Of a DNA stretch of 64,000 nucleotides, positions 14,121 through 27,800 are shown in pieces. The stretch is taken from NCBI GenBank assembly GCA_964016885.1, contig OZ024741.1:240498001-240562000 (forward strand), read 5' to 3'. This DNA comes from Eledone cirrhosa (Eukaryota). A program made the position numbers and the translations under genes. Each line of letters opens with the position of its first letter. Position 1 is the first letter of the stretch. Under the pieces are notes generated by a model. The model was not told the DNA's origin, searched no databases, and saw only the letters and a program-made list of their open reading frames with translations.

Positions 14121-16114
14121 CCATAACTTACTTAACCCCCCTCCTCCTGCTCACACTAAAAAAATAAAATAAATAAAAACAAACAAAATAATTGATTGTT
14201 GGCATTAGGAAGGGTATATGGCTGTAGAATTCTTCCTGCAGATGTCTTGCTGAACCCATGCCAGCTTGGAAAACTGGACATAAATCTGATGGTGATGATG
14301 ATGATTATATTGCACCTTTTCCACGAAACTACTGAAGTTTTGTCAAAGAATTTATCACACATTATGCTAACATTGCTCTATCAGTTCCGATTTGGGTTAT
14401 TATGTTTCAACTCAGTCAATATTCTGATTTTGATGCTGGTTTTAGTTGTGACTAACTTTCAAAACTGTGGAACTCATTTCTTTTATCACTATTGTAAATA
14501 TAATAAACCTATTACTATATTGTAACTTAAGATGACAAATTGGCAGAGTTGTTAGGGCATCAGATAAAAAAATACTTTCATCCTTTTAAGTTGATAAAGT
14601 ATCAATCCAGTACTGGGGTCGAGTTTCTTTCTCTTTCTTTTTGAAAGGAATCAGCTGTGTTGAGACCTGGGGAGAGACAGGCTGTGCAATTTAAAATGCC
14701 CAAGACACACCAAGATGTGCCAAGATAATGCTTCTATGACTCTATTAGGAGCTGTGGGCTCTTTAACTATATTGTGTTAATATTTCTATGGCTCAGTTCT
14801 CATCTGCGGATGCCACACCTGTAGATGACTTGCAGTAGTTCACTGACTGAACTTAGTGACCCTGACTATTGACTAAGGTGGTTCTTCTGCTGAGCATCAG
14901 TTGAGATGTGCCATTGATTCCAATTTGAATTCACCCACTGTAGTTCACCATCTACTATGGTTTCACCATAACCCTGGCATGGTTACTAAGCGTTCGTTAG
15001 GTCTGAGGCTGCTTATTTCCATATTCGCAGCTAACCTCAGCAAAGCTATTTCCCTATCTGCCACTTGGGGACTCGTTCAACAGGAGTTATCTCCTCGTAA
15101 CTATTCTAAATATTGTGTCTTTAAATCTTTGAAAATGGTACGCCTCATATTGAAATAACAGTAATTCAAATCTACCTTACTCTATTTCCTAAACAACAGT
15201 ATAGCATTTCTTTGAAATAATGTCTTTAAATCCTGGGAAATAGTATAACCAGTATTGAAATAATAGTACTTCAAATTTACTCTGTTTACAAAGCAATGTG
15301 GCAGACCTCATAGAACCTACACCAAATAGTTATGTGAGGATTCTGAGTGCAATCTGGAGGATCTGCCATGAGCAGTGGATGACTGAGACAGATGGAGAGG
15401 GAGAGTCATGGCAAATTGTGCAACCAGCAAGCCAAGATAAAGATGACTTGCATTGTAACTTACTCATGGAGGCATGCCATTTTAGATATAAACCAGGAAC
15501 CAGGGCTCTTAAGTTGTGTCTAGTGCTGGTGATCTGCATGATAAATGCACCCAGTGCACTCTGTAGGAAAATGATCCAGCCATAGAAAACTTGCCAAACA
15601 AAGTGTCAGGAGGACTGTTCAGTTATGTCAAAGACATAACTCTTCCCCCACCAGTGCTAGTGTCATGATAAAAGCAAGATGCAGCATTTAAAAAGTCAGT
15701 AATACCAATTAAGTCCTGACTTGGCTGGTGATGACTCATCTAATCCTTGCTAGCAGAGAGAAATGGAGAGTAAACAGTAATATATATGACAATTTTGAGA
15801 AGTATGACAGCATAGAAAATACATTTCCACAGATTACATAAAATAAAAAGATGAAATATATTAAATAAAACAAAGAAGTAGGAATAAATATATCTTGAGG
15901 TAAAATTAGACATTTATCAAAGCCTTAGCAGCTGGCACAGTTACAATACAGCATAGAGTTGTCTATTTGGTTTATTACACCATTGATATTTCTCTTAACT
16001 CAGTACATACCCGACTCCTTCTATGGAAGTGTACATTACTTAAACTGAACTTTATTTTGTAAGTTACTTGTCATCCACCTCATACTTAAATACATTAACT
16101 ACTCAGTAATGTGG

Positions 16115-16400
16115 TCATATAGGTGTCACGATGAAAAACACCCAGCCCACACTATAAAGTGGTTGTGTTGGTAACATGACAAAAAGAGCCCAACCACACT
16201 GTAAAGTGGACATGTAAGTGCCATGACAAAAAGCGTTCAGCCCACACTGTAAGGTGGTTGTGTAGGTGCCATGACAAAAAGCGCTCAGCCCACATTGTAA
16301 AGTGGTCATCTAAGTGTCATGGCAAAAAGCACTCAGTAGACACTGTAAATGTGGTTGGCATTTGGAAGGGCATCCAGTTATAGAAACCAAGCCAAAATCA
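16115..16400 (+). repeat. Five tandem ~48-bp subunits of the RTE/SINE 3' tail
   Basis: cacactgtaaagtgg recurs every ~48 bp and runs into the standard tail. Confidence 0.75.
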
Positions 16401-19068
16401 TTTCTGTATGAGCAACTTCCTCCAGTCTGTTGATTAGCTCCCATGTGCATGCACACACACACACATATAATAAAAATATGTTAGAACAGCATATATTTGA
16501 CAATTTTGAGATAAATTTAAGGTAGATATACCCATTGATTTTATATTAAATTAGAGGTCTTCACTAAGAAAAGAAGAAAGTGTGAAATATAATCACTTAT
16601 AACCATGCTTCTGTACACAGAAACATGCAAAGAGATTATCCTTATGCATTTGAAACATTATTGTGTCCCCATCAGAGAATAACTACCCCTGTGGGTTTGT
16701 GTACAGAAGAATATTACTATATAGCAATGATTTATATACCACAGAGAGTATATAAAAGACCAGAAATGGTTAGTTTAATTTACATGGCGTACATAGGCTT
16801 GACGATGTAATTAAATATCATCATCCATAAATCTATACTATACTAGAACATATCATATATATATATATATACGACCGTGACTTCTGGCGTCACGCAGTAA
16901 TACAGGGTACCCGACCTCCCATGGGTACATGCTGAAGCATATAAACAATATGCCCCCCCCCCCCCCACCGCAAGGTGGTCGTGGAGGTGCCACGGCAAAA
17001 AAGCACCCAGCCCACACTGTAAAGTGGACGTGTAGGCGCCACGAAAAAGCACCCAGCACTCACTGTAAATGAGGTTGGTGTTAGGAAGGGCATCCAGCTG
17101 TAGAAATCAAGCCAGATCAGTTCCTGTATGAGCAAGGCATGGTCAGCCGACCAGACACTGCCCACAACAGGACAACCCGTCTAACCCATGCTAGCGTGGA
17201 AGAACGGACGTAAAACGGTGATGATGATGATGATGATGATGACAGTATATATGTGTGTATATGTGATCTATCTGTGCGTATCTCACCAGAAGTCTTTACT
17301 GCTCAGCTGCATTAGTTTTCTCTGCATGCAAGTATGGCTGTGTATATATATATATGCATGCATGAATGTGTGTTTGTATGCATCTGTATGTGATAAATGC
17401 CTGACTGCTGGTTGAGTGTAAAATACAGGATATGGTGGTAGTGGGATGTATAGGAAAGTGAAAGATAGTGAAAGAAGGGGAAAAGAGTTATTGTGCAAAG
17501 AAAGGTGTGTGTATGTGTATTACTTTAACACCATTATTAAGTCTATCTGCATGTATAACTTGTATAATCTATCAGAGGTTGAAACTTCACAAATTTATCA
17601 CATCATCAGTTTTAAGTTTATTTTCCATGCTTGCATGGGTTAGACAGGTTGTCACATTCCAAGGCTATATAGGTTAGATAACAGTCTCTCACTCATTCTG
17701 GCATAACTTCTAGTGCTGGATGCCCTTCCTAATGCCATTTACATTAGAACATATGTGGAGCTTTTTTTCACTGCACTAGCACTACTGTCCTATTGTGTTG
17801 ACTGGGTGTTTTGTTGTGGCACCAGCATGACCATCTTACTGAATAGACTTGGTACTTTTTTTTGTCTCTCTCAGGGTCTGAACATGTTGAGTTAAGGAGA
17901 GAGAAAAAGAAGCAGAAGTGACTCCCAGTACTTCACCGGTTCTTTATCGCAAAGTTGACCTCAGTGGGAGTTAAAATCAGAGTTCAGAAACCTGGAATGA
18001 ATAAAAGAAGGCTTTCTATTCAACCTTCTAAGTACTCTGCCAATTTTCTGCCTAAGATACATTTATATATAGGCCTGTGAAGTTCTAGATGCAGCATCAT
18101 GACATATGGCATGTTTTAGGCATTTTAAACCTTGTAGAGCTCATTCCTTGAGAGGAATGGGCTTCACAGCTGATTTCTTGCAAAGGAGAGAGAGAAAGTG
18201 AAAAAGAAATATAGAGGAAGAATTAATCCCTCCTTCAGTACTAGACTGGTAGTTTTTTTTTTTATTGAACTTGGAACGATGAACGGAAAAGTTGATCTTG
18301 GTGTTGTTTGAACTCTGCGTTTAGAGAGCCAGAACAAATACTGCAAGTCATTCTAGCTGATGCCTTGCTGGGGCAGTACCATTGTAAAATTGCTTGAACA
18401 TCATAGGGAACATTGGTTGCATGACATGTAATAACAGGTGAATATTCAGTGTGTTTGCATCTTACACAATCAGTTTGTTTTCCAACCCTGTCACAATTTT
18501 CAAAAACTGCCTATGTTCAGAAACTTTATATAAAAGTGCCTATGTATGTCAGTGTTTTTGAGGAGGTATAAAGTTAGGTATCCTTGGAGGTTGAGAAAAA
18601 GAATAGTAGAGAGTTTTTTCCTTTATATTAGGCTATATGGTTTCATGTGGAACAGGACGTGAAGAGTTTTACCATATTTTTGAATTTTAGAAACTAGATA
18701 TATTCCAACCACATATGATCAAAACTACATTGTTTAAAGCTACTTAAGATGTGGGCCCACTGTAGTGGATAATGATTTAACTGTTGTTTAAATAATAATT
18801 TATAATTTAGGCACAAGGCCAGCAATTTTGTGAAAATCGATTATATTGACTCCAATAGTTGACTGGTACTTTATTTTATTGACCCCAGAACTATAAAAGG
18901 CAAAGTTGACCTGGTCAGAATTTGAAATCAGAATGTAAAGAACTGGATCAAAATGCTCTAACTCTATCAGTCCACTGCTCTGTGGTAATTTACATGATAT
19001 TCATAGAAGTATCAAGGACTACATCATCTAATGTGTCTTTTCTTTATCTAAAGCAATGGGGGAATGAC

Positions 19069-19286
19069 TTAATCCTTTAGTATTTTAAACTAGGCATATC
19101 TGGCCAGAATTCTCTTACCTCTTTCTGTTCAAACCGGCTGTAACTGGCTGTTCATACTTTGTTCTCAAAATAAATAATATCAAAATCTCATAGATTCAAT
19201 ATTATGTGAGATAATTATGTGAGATAAAACCATTACTGGGAAAATATATTAGTAAATATAGAGTAATGTAAATGCTAAAGGGTTAA
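19069..19286. mobile_element. TTAA-flanked MITE (piggyBac-like termini); relatives at 55693-55904 and 58261-58435
   Basis: ttaatcctttag...ctaaagggttaa termini and shared internal sequence among copies. Confidence 0.65.
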
Positions 19287-19317
19287 AAGGGATTTGACTA
19301 TTCTTTCTAAAAGACAG

Positions 19318-22300
19318 GTTTTGGCAGCTCCCGGTGTTAATGAGTTGGACGCACGTGGAAGAGGAGAAACCAGCAATGGGATTTAGCGGTGCCTATGAAA
19401 AGCGGTAAGTGAGATAGCTTTTTCTAACCACAAGCTATTTCAGGGCTGGAAACTGAGATCTGATTGAAAAAAAAAGAGGAAAAAAAAAAAGCTACTGGAA
19501 AAACAGAGAGGAGTCTGTTGTTTTTTTTTATCACGTACCGCAAGACAAATTAGGATATGGCGACGAGACTACGAAGAAGCGAAGCGATTAGGGCATTTAC
19601 CGGTGAAGGCGATGTTGTCGCTTGGCTGTGAAAAGTCCGGCTGGTCGCAAGCTTACAGAAGATAGAAGATGGCTGGCCTCATGGCACTGTACCTCGAGGG
19701 GGACGCGTTGGTACTCTTCCTTGAGTTGGACGAACACAGCCAAAGAGATGCGCAAAAGATTGAGAGGTGCATGATGGAAGCGTTCGCAGAGGGACCATTA
19801 GCCGCTTTTGCTAAGCTGGCAAGAATTAGATGGAACGGTGAACGTGTTGACATTTTCGCAGCAGGAATACGGTGATTGGCCATGTTGGCTGGATATCAGG
19901 TGGAATGCGAATGCACGGTGCGGTTGGCATTCATAAATGGATTTCCAGACGACATAGCGGTGAAACTGCAGCAAGTTCCGGGTTACAAAGAAATGGAAAT
20001 GTGTTCACTGGTGGAACATGCCCGTATCATAGCAGAAGATGCCAAGAAGAGTGTCGCAGCGATAGCAACTACAGAGGCTCAAGACAGCTGGCAGCGAAAT
20101 GGTGAAAGGGAGGCAACCACGGCACGTAGTCGCCCGCAAACGTTTAGAGGTCGCTGTTTTAGGTGACAGGACCCGCACATAGCGAGAGACTGTAGAGAGT
20201 CAAGGCCAGAAATAATATGCTACCGGTGTAAGCGACCAGGCCACATCACTACTAACTGCGACCAGGGAAACGATCCAAGGGGAACTACTGCGCCGGTAGT
20301 TGTCCCTTACAAGTAGAGGCACTGCCCGTGGTGGAAGTCTTCGTGAGGGGAAAGCCACAGCGACGACACTGGTGACCACGGGGGGGGGGTGCAGAGGTGG
20401 AGAGGGAAGAGCAGCATAAGGGCAGTCGAGGGCAGGAAAATTGAATGCTGAGGTCACAGCGAGGTGGAGATAGCGGTACGGGGAAGGAAAATAAGGCTTC
20501 TGCCATGGTAGTTGACAACGTGGTGGATGGGATCGGTGTGGTTATGGGCATGGATGCAATTGGCCGTCTACGAGGCGTCACAGTGAACAACGTCGGTGTG
20601 TTGTTTGGCGGCGCTGCATTGGTATGCGCTGTGAGTACGCGACAGGAGAACCAGCAGGCCCACGAGGAGAACTACCCCGCTTACACTGTGCAGGACAAAG
20701 ACTTCAAGGCCGTGTTCGATGGGCAGCGATGGGTTGTTGCGTGGTACTGGAAGGGAGAACCACCAACACTGAAGACCAAAGAGGGCTGCTATCAACACAC
20801 ATTGAAGGGAAACATTAGGAACGAGTTCGAGCGAGAGGTAGAGAGATGGATTGAGGAGGGCATACTGCTTCCCTAGAAAGAGGAGGTGAAGTGCGGAGTA
20901 TTGCCATTAATGGCGGTGTCGCAACCCACGAAGAACAAGGTGAGGCCGGTGCTGGACTTTCGGGAGCTGAACGAGCACGTGTCATGCCACACGGGTGGCG
21001 AGGTCATGGATGTCTGTGGGGAAACCCTGCGTGAGTGGAGACGCATAACGGGGGGTTCAGCAATCGTAGATCTAAAGTCGGCATACTTGCCATTGCATAT
21101 AGATGAGAAGCTCTGGCAGTATCAGCTGGTCAGGTATAAGGGCCGGACATATTGCCTGACCAGGCTCGGTTTCGGGCTGAGCTCCGCACCGAATATCATG
21201 GCGGCGGTCCTCAAGACCATTCTGGGAAAGGCCGACAAGATGAATAGGGCCACTAACTCCTACATTGACAACATCCTAGTGGACGAGTCTGTGGTGTCGG
21301 CGGCGGAGGTCATGAGCCATTTACAGGGGTATGGACTGGCTGCGAAGCCGTCAGAAGCGTTGGAGGGAGGAGCTGCACTGGGACTTAGGCTACGGCGAGA
21401 CAGGATGGGCATGTTAGTATTCCAGAGGGGAAATGAAGCTCCAGAACTGGGCTCAAGTATAAGTAGGTGGGAGCTTTTCTTGGCCTATGGAAAGTTGGTG
21501 GGTCACTACCTGATTGCTGGGTGGTTCCGGATGGCATGCAGCTATGTCAAAAGACGAGCGGGAGGGGTGGACTTGGAGTCACAGAGTGGGAGAGAGGACG
21601 GTGGCCATGATGCAGGAGATCGTGGAGAGGGTGAAGGCCGATGACCCAGTGCGGGGACGCTGGTATGTTCCCAAATCGCAGAGCGGGACTGTATGGTGCG
21701 ATGCCAGCAGCATAGTGCTGGGTGTCACGTTGTAGATAGATGTTGAGGTCGAGGATGCATCCTGGCTTAGGAAGAAGGACGACTGAAACCACATCGATGT
21801 GGCTGAACTGGGCACGGTTTTGAGAGGGGTGAACCTCGCCTTAAGGTGGGGTCAGCGCACCATCGAGATACGCACCGATTCGGCTACTGTACTCGGATGG
21901 GTGAGATCAGTGCTCACCAGTGAGAAGAGAGTGCGATGAGAGGGGCGGCAGAGATGCTGATAAAGCGCGCCTGGGAACTTTAGGAGAGCTGGCCACCGAG
22001 TTCGACCTGAGGCTGAGCGTAGTTTTCGTGCCCTCAGAGAAAAATAGGGCGGACGTTTTAACCAGGGTGAAGAAAGCCTGGATGGAAGCGCCGGAGGAGG
22101 TAGAAGAGGAGATAGCTGCTGTGTGTCGGCTGACCAAGTCGGATCTGAAAGGGTTGCATGACATGCACCACATGGCACATGGGAGTGGATAGGACTCTGT
22201 TCCTAGCCAGGAGAATTGACTCGGACATTAATAGACACAGTGTTCAAAGAGTGGTTAGAGGCTGCATCCAATGTCAGCCATTGATCCTACCCCAGGTGTG

Positions 22301-23354
22301 CACGAAACGGGAAGCCTCCTGGTGGATCGCGACTGGAAGCGATTGGCGGTGGATGTAACGCACTACCAACAGGGAACGTACCTCTCGATGGTCGACTGTG
22401 GACCAGGACGGATGGCGATATGGAGGGAGATGAAGACTGGAATGGCTGAGGAAATCATGCAGACGTTGAGAGACGTGTTCTTGGAGCAGGGCTCTGTGGA
22501 CGAATTGCTGATGGACAACAGCGCAGCGTTCCGCTTGGAGGCGCTGTGGGAGATGCTCGATGGATGAAAGGTGGACCGTTTCTTCAGAGTAGCGCACAGG
22601 TCGAGCGGGAATGGAATTGTGGAGTGACACCACCGGACGATCAAGGCAATGGCGGAGCGGGGCCATATCTCACCAATGGAGGCAGTGTTCTGGTAGAACA
22701 TGTCCCCTCGGGTGGGACAGGTCGAGGAATCGGTGCCACACAGAGCAGTATTCAGATACGAGTGGCGGCACCTGTGCACGCCACCACAAACGGCCAGTGG
22801 GGAGAGAGAGTGCATTCGTGCAGGTGGGTGAAGAAGTCTGGGTTAAGCCCCCAGATGCACGTTGCACATCTCAATGGGGAAGGGGAACGGTGACGGCCGT
22901 AAATTCCCAGAACAATGTGTCCGTGGACGGAGTACCACGTCATGTCCTGGATGTCCGTAGAATCACTGTGTCAATGGACTCGGAGGAAGAGGAACCCCAA
23001 AGTGCCGCCTCAACACTGCGGAGATCGCAAAGAAGTCACAAACCACCAACCTGGACAGCAGACTTCCATATGCAGAAGGATGAGGGGGAAATTGATCCTT
23101 GAGATCAGGGGGGCGTGTGGGTATGGTGTGGCGTGCGGTGGCCGGAAGCTGGGGAGTGCTCGACTGGAAGAGTGCTTGACTGGAAGGGTGCTTGGCTGGA
23201 AGGGTGCTCGACCGGAAGGGCCAGCAGATCGGCCTCTCCCTATTGGTGACCAGGAACGGTGTGGATGCGAGTTTTCGCAGCTCCCAGTGTTAGCAACCAG
23301 GCCACATCGCTACTAACTGCGACCAGGGAAACGATCCAACTTTTTCTAACCACA
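19318..23354 (+). mobile_element. Ty3/Gypsy LTR retrotransposon copy A (decayed): partial 5' LTR 19318-19432, gag from ATG 19557, PR-RT-RNaseH-IN, PPT ~23107-23115, 3' LTR 23116-23354
   Basis: Gag with two Zn knuckles (CFR..GPHIARDC, CYRCKRPGHITTNC). RT VRPVLDFRELN/YCLTRLGFGLSSAP/YIDNI, RNase H VWCDASS, integrase HHM..C..C and WKRLAVDVTH..MDNSAAF. LTR termini TGTGG...CCACA. Many stops and frameshifts; visibly more GC-rich than the flanks. Confidence 0.93.
20265..20308 (+). promoter_or_regulatory. -1 programmed ribosomal frameshift signal at the gag/pol junction of Gypsy A (same signal at 27317-27360, minus strand, in copy B)
   Basis: Slippery G GGA AAC in the gag frame, a 5-6 nt spacer, then hairpin AAGGGG-AACTAC-TG/CG-GTAGTT-G-(T/C)CCCTT. 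Gag stops at TAG 20314-20316, while the -1 frame continues into protease (GKRSKGNYCAGSCPLQVEALPVVEV). Confidence 0.8.
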
Positions 23355-24199
23355 CAATGTACCCTTGTTTTATTTAAGAAATTGGTGAATGATTTAAGGG
23401 AGATTTGGCTGTTGTTTCTAGCAGATCAGGTCAAACGACCACATAGTGAGCGCCCATGATGTTAATCATAATTGGAGAGAACTCTAATCCATCAGAATGT
23501 TATTATATACTGTAGGATGCATACAATATATTTGACTGGCAGCAGTGTATCTTAAGATGACATACAATCTAATATTGTGAACACGATATAATTGGTTGGA
23601 TAAGAGATAATTAAACATAAATAATAGACAAATAGATGAATAAATAAATAAAAATTAAACAAAGAGAAATAAAGAAATTTCTGGAAATGATTGTTGAAAG
23701 GTTAAAATGGAATGAAATGAAAGTTAAGAAGTGAAAGTATGAAGTTTTAAATACATCAATGTTGAGTTAGTTTGTTAAGATTGTTGTATGAACAGATTAT
23801 ACAATACTGGATATCATCTGGGTGTACAATAATAAAATATCTGTTGTATTTTAATAACAGACAGTGTGCATTGTTGATATAAATTATGATTGTTAGTATT
23901 TGTAGAAAGTGAGAGATACAGGAGAATTATTACGTAAGGAGTCTTTGAATTAATTGTCTTACTGTCTTTAAGAATGGTCAATTTTGACGAATGAAAAATA
24001 TCTACATACATGCATACATACACACATATATTCATACATACATGCATACAGACACATAGACATACATATAGGTATATACACAAACATACAGACATACACA
24101 TATACATACATATACATACATATATAAAGGCATACACATATACACACATATATGTATACATTACATACATACAATGTTCTCAAAAGATATAGGAATGTA

Positions 24200-24825
24200 G
24201 TTTGGCCAGGCTGAATGTTCATATATGATTGTAAAGTGAGGAAAATCTACAAGCCAATCTAGCAACATGGCCTTACTGTTTCACTGATATCTGACGAGGA
24301 CTGTAACAAGTAATGTGCAACAAGGGTATATTATACCCGATTAAGAAGAATATGGTCATCTAAAATCTCCATGCACAATAACTCAGTGGCTCACAATGTG
24401 TTTGCTGTGCCTGTTCTAACACCAACATTTGGAATACTCAATTAGAAGATAGATGAAATTCTAGCTATCAATGTTAAAACCCGAAAAAGCTTAAACAGCA
24501 CTGGATTTTTTCACATCAACAGTGTCATAGACTGCCTCTACGACACTGGGAAACGTAAATGGGGATGCAGAGGCCTAACACCAGTCCAGACAACATTTGA
24601 GTGTCGCATCTTATTCCTCTGAGAACAGCCATGAACCAGCAAGTGTAGGAACCCATCTATTGAGCAGGTCTGTCTACATGAAACAGATAAGATCATGAGA
24701 GTTGGGAAGGAGCTCCTTGAGAAATACACCCTGCATGATAATCAAAAACTCACAGCCATGGAAATTGCCCAGCAATACTGCATTGAATCCATGAGGCAGC
24801 TGTCCAAAAATGTCATCATAGTACT
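24200..24825 (+). mobile_element. R4/Dong-like non-LTR retrotransposon fragment (C-terminal RT region), left of Gypsy B
   Basis: Degenerate translation KKIWSSKISMHNNSVAHNVFAVPVLTPTFGIL..VKTRK..TGFFHINS..RGL..FECRI, typical of RLE-type LINEs. Confidence 0.7.
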
Positions 24826-27800
24826 ACTCTCTCTCCCCACTGGCCGTTTGTGGTGGCGTGCACGGGTGCCGCCACTCGTATCTGAATACTGCTCTGTGTG
24901 GCACCGATTCCTCAACCTGTCCCACCCGAGGGGACATGTTGTAGCAGAACACTGCCTCCATTGGTGAGATGTGGCCCCGCTCCGCCATTGCTTTGATCAC
25001 CCTGTGGTGTCACTCCACGATTCCATTTCCGCTCGGCCTGTACGCTGCTCTGAAGAAACGGTCCACCTTCCATCCATCGAGCATCTCCCTCAGTGCCCCC
25101 AGGTGGAACGCTGCGCTGTTGTCCATCAGCAGTTCGTTCACACGTCCCCCGCTCCAAGAACACCTCCCTCAACGTTCGCATGATTTCCTCGGCCGTTCCA
25201 GTCTTCATCTCCCTCCATATCGCCATCCGTCCCGGTCCACAGTCGACCATTGAGAGGTACGTTCCCTGTTGGTAGTGCGTTACATCCACCGCCAATCGCT
25301 TCCAGTCCCAATCCACAGGGAGGCTTCCCGTTTCGTGCACACCCGGGGTAGGATCAATGGACTGACATCAGACGCAGCCTCTAACCACTCTTTGAACACT
25401 GTGTCTTGTTAATGTCCGAGTCAATTCTCCTGGCTAGGAACAGAGTCCTATCCACTCCCATGTGGTGCATGTCATGCAACCCTTTCAGATCCGACTCGGT
25501 CAGCCGACACACAGCAGCTATCTCCTCTTCTACCTCCTCCGGCGCTTCCATCCAGGCTTTCTTCACCCTGGTTAAAATGTCCGCCCTATTTTTCTCTGAG
25601 GGCACGAAAACTACGCTCAGCCTCAGGTCGAACTCGGTGGCCAGCTCTCCTAAAGTTCCAAGGCGCGCTTTATCAGCATCTCTGCTGCCCCTCTCGATCG
25701 CACTCTCTTCTCACTGGTGAGCACTGATCTCACCCATCCGAGTACAGTAGCCGAATCGGTGCGTATCTCGATGGTGCGCTGACCCCACCTTAAGGCGAGG
25801 TTCACCCCTCTCAAAACCGCGCCCAGTTCGGCCACATCGATGTGGTTGCAGTCGTCCTTCTTCCTAAGCCAGGATGCATCCTCGACCTCCACACCTCCTA
25901 TCTCTAACGTGACACCCAGCACTATGCTGCTGGCATCGCACCATACGGTCCCGCTCTGTGATTTGGGAACATACCAGCATCCCCGCACTGGGTCATCGGC
26001 CTTCACCCTCTCCACGATCTCCTGCATCATGGCCAATGTCCTCTCTCCCACTCTGTCACTCCAAGTCCCCCCTCCTGCTCGTCTCTTGACATAGCTGCAT
26101 GCCATCCGGAGCCACCCAGCAATCGGATAGTGACCCACCAACTTTCCATACGCCAAGATAAGCTCCCGCCTACTCATATTTGGGTCCAGTTCTGGAGCTT
26201 CATTTCCCCTCTGGAATACTAACATGCCCGTCCTGTCTCACCGTAGCCTAAGTCCCAGTGCGGCTCCTCCCTCCAACGCTTCTGACGGCTTCGCAGCCAG
26301 TCCATACCCCTGTAAATGGCTTGTGACCTCCGCCGCCAACACTACAGACTCGTCCACTAGGATGTCGTCAATGTAGGAATTAGTGGCCCTATTCATCTTA
26401 TCGGCCTTTCCCAGAATGGTCTTGAGGACCGCCGTAAGGATCTTCGGTGCAGAGCTCAGCCCTTATACCTGACCAGCTGATACTGCCAAAGCTTCTCATC
26501 TATATGTAATTGTAAGTATGCCGACTTTAGATCTATGATTGCGGAACCCCCCATCATGCGTCTCCACTCACGCAGGGTTTCCCCACAGACATCCGTGACC
26601 TCGCCACCCGTGGGGCATGACACGTGCTCGTTCAGCTCCCGAAAGTCCAGTACCTGCCTCACCTTGTTCTTTGTGGGTTGCGACACCGCCATTAACGGCA
26701 ATACTCTGCACTTCACCTCCTCTTTCCAGGGAAGCAGTATGCCCTTCTCAATCCATCTCTCTACCTCTCGCTCGAACTCGTTCCTAATGTTTCCCTTCAA
26801 TGTGTGTTGATAGCAGCCCACTTTTGTCTTCAGTATTGGTGGGTCTCCCTTCTAGTACCACTCAACAACCCATCGCTGCCCATCGAACACGGCCTTGAAG
26901 TCTTTGTCCTGCACAGTGTAAGCGGGGTATTTCTCCTCGTGGGACTTCTGGTTCTCCTGTCACATACTCACAACGCATACCGATGCAGTGCCGCCAAACG
27001 ACACACCGACGTTATTCACTGTGACGCCTCCTAGACGGCCAATTGCGTCCATGCCCATAACCACACCGATCCCATCCACCACGCTGTCGACTACGATGGC
27101 AGAAAGCCTTATTTTCTTTCCCCGTACCGCCATCTCCACCTCGCTACGACCTCGGCATTCAATTTTCCTACCGTCGACTTCCCTTACGCTGCTCTTCCCG
27201 CTCCACCTCTGCGCCATCCCCGTGGTCACCAGTGTCGTCGTAAACCCGTGTCCACGAGGGCTCGCTGTGGCTTTCCCCTCACAAAGACTTTCACCACGGA
27301 TAGCGCCTCTACTCATAAGGGGCAACTACCGGTACAGTAGTTCCCCTTGGATCGTTTCCCTGGTCGCAGTTAGTAGCGATGTGGCTTGGTCACTTACACC
27401 GGTAGCATATTTTTTCCGGCCTTGACTCTCTACAGTCTCTCGCCATGTGCGGGCCCTGGCACTTAAAACAGCGACCTCTAAACGTTCGCGCGCGACTACG
27501 TGCCGTGGTTGCCTCCCTTTCACCATTTCGCTGCCAGCTGCATTGAGCCTCTGTAGTTGCTATCGCCGCGACACTCTTCTTGGCATCTTCTGCTATGATG
27601 CCGGCTTGCTCCACCAAGTGCACGCATCTCCATTTCTTTGTAACCCGGGACTTGCTGCAGTTTCACCGCTATGTCGTCTGTAAATCCATTTATGAACGCC
27701 AACCGCACCGTGCGTTCGCATTCCACCTGATATCCAGCCAACATGGCCAATCGCCGTATTTCCGCTGCGAAAATGTTAACGCGTTCGCCATTCCATCTAA

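Noticed and set aside
23814-24222. ORFs made of YVCMYV/HTYIH repeats (also 59666-60061, 47628-48207, 13397-13747)
   Set aside because: Microsatellite translations.
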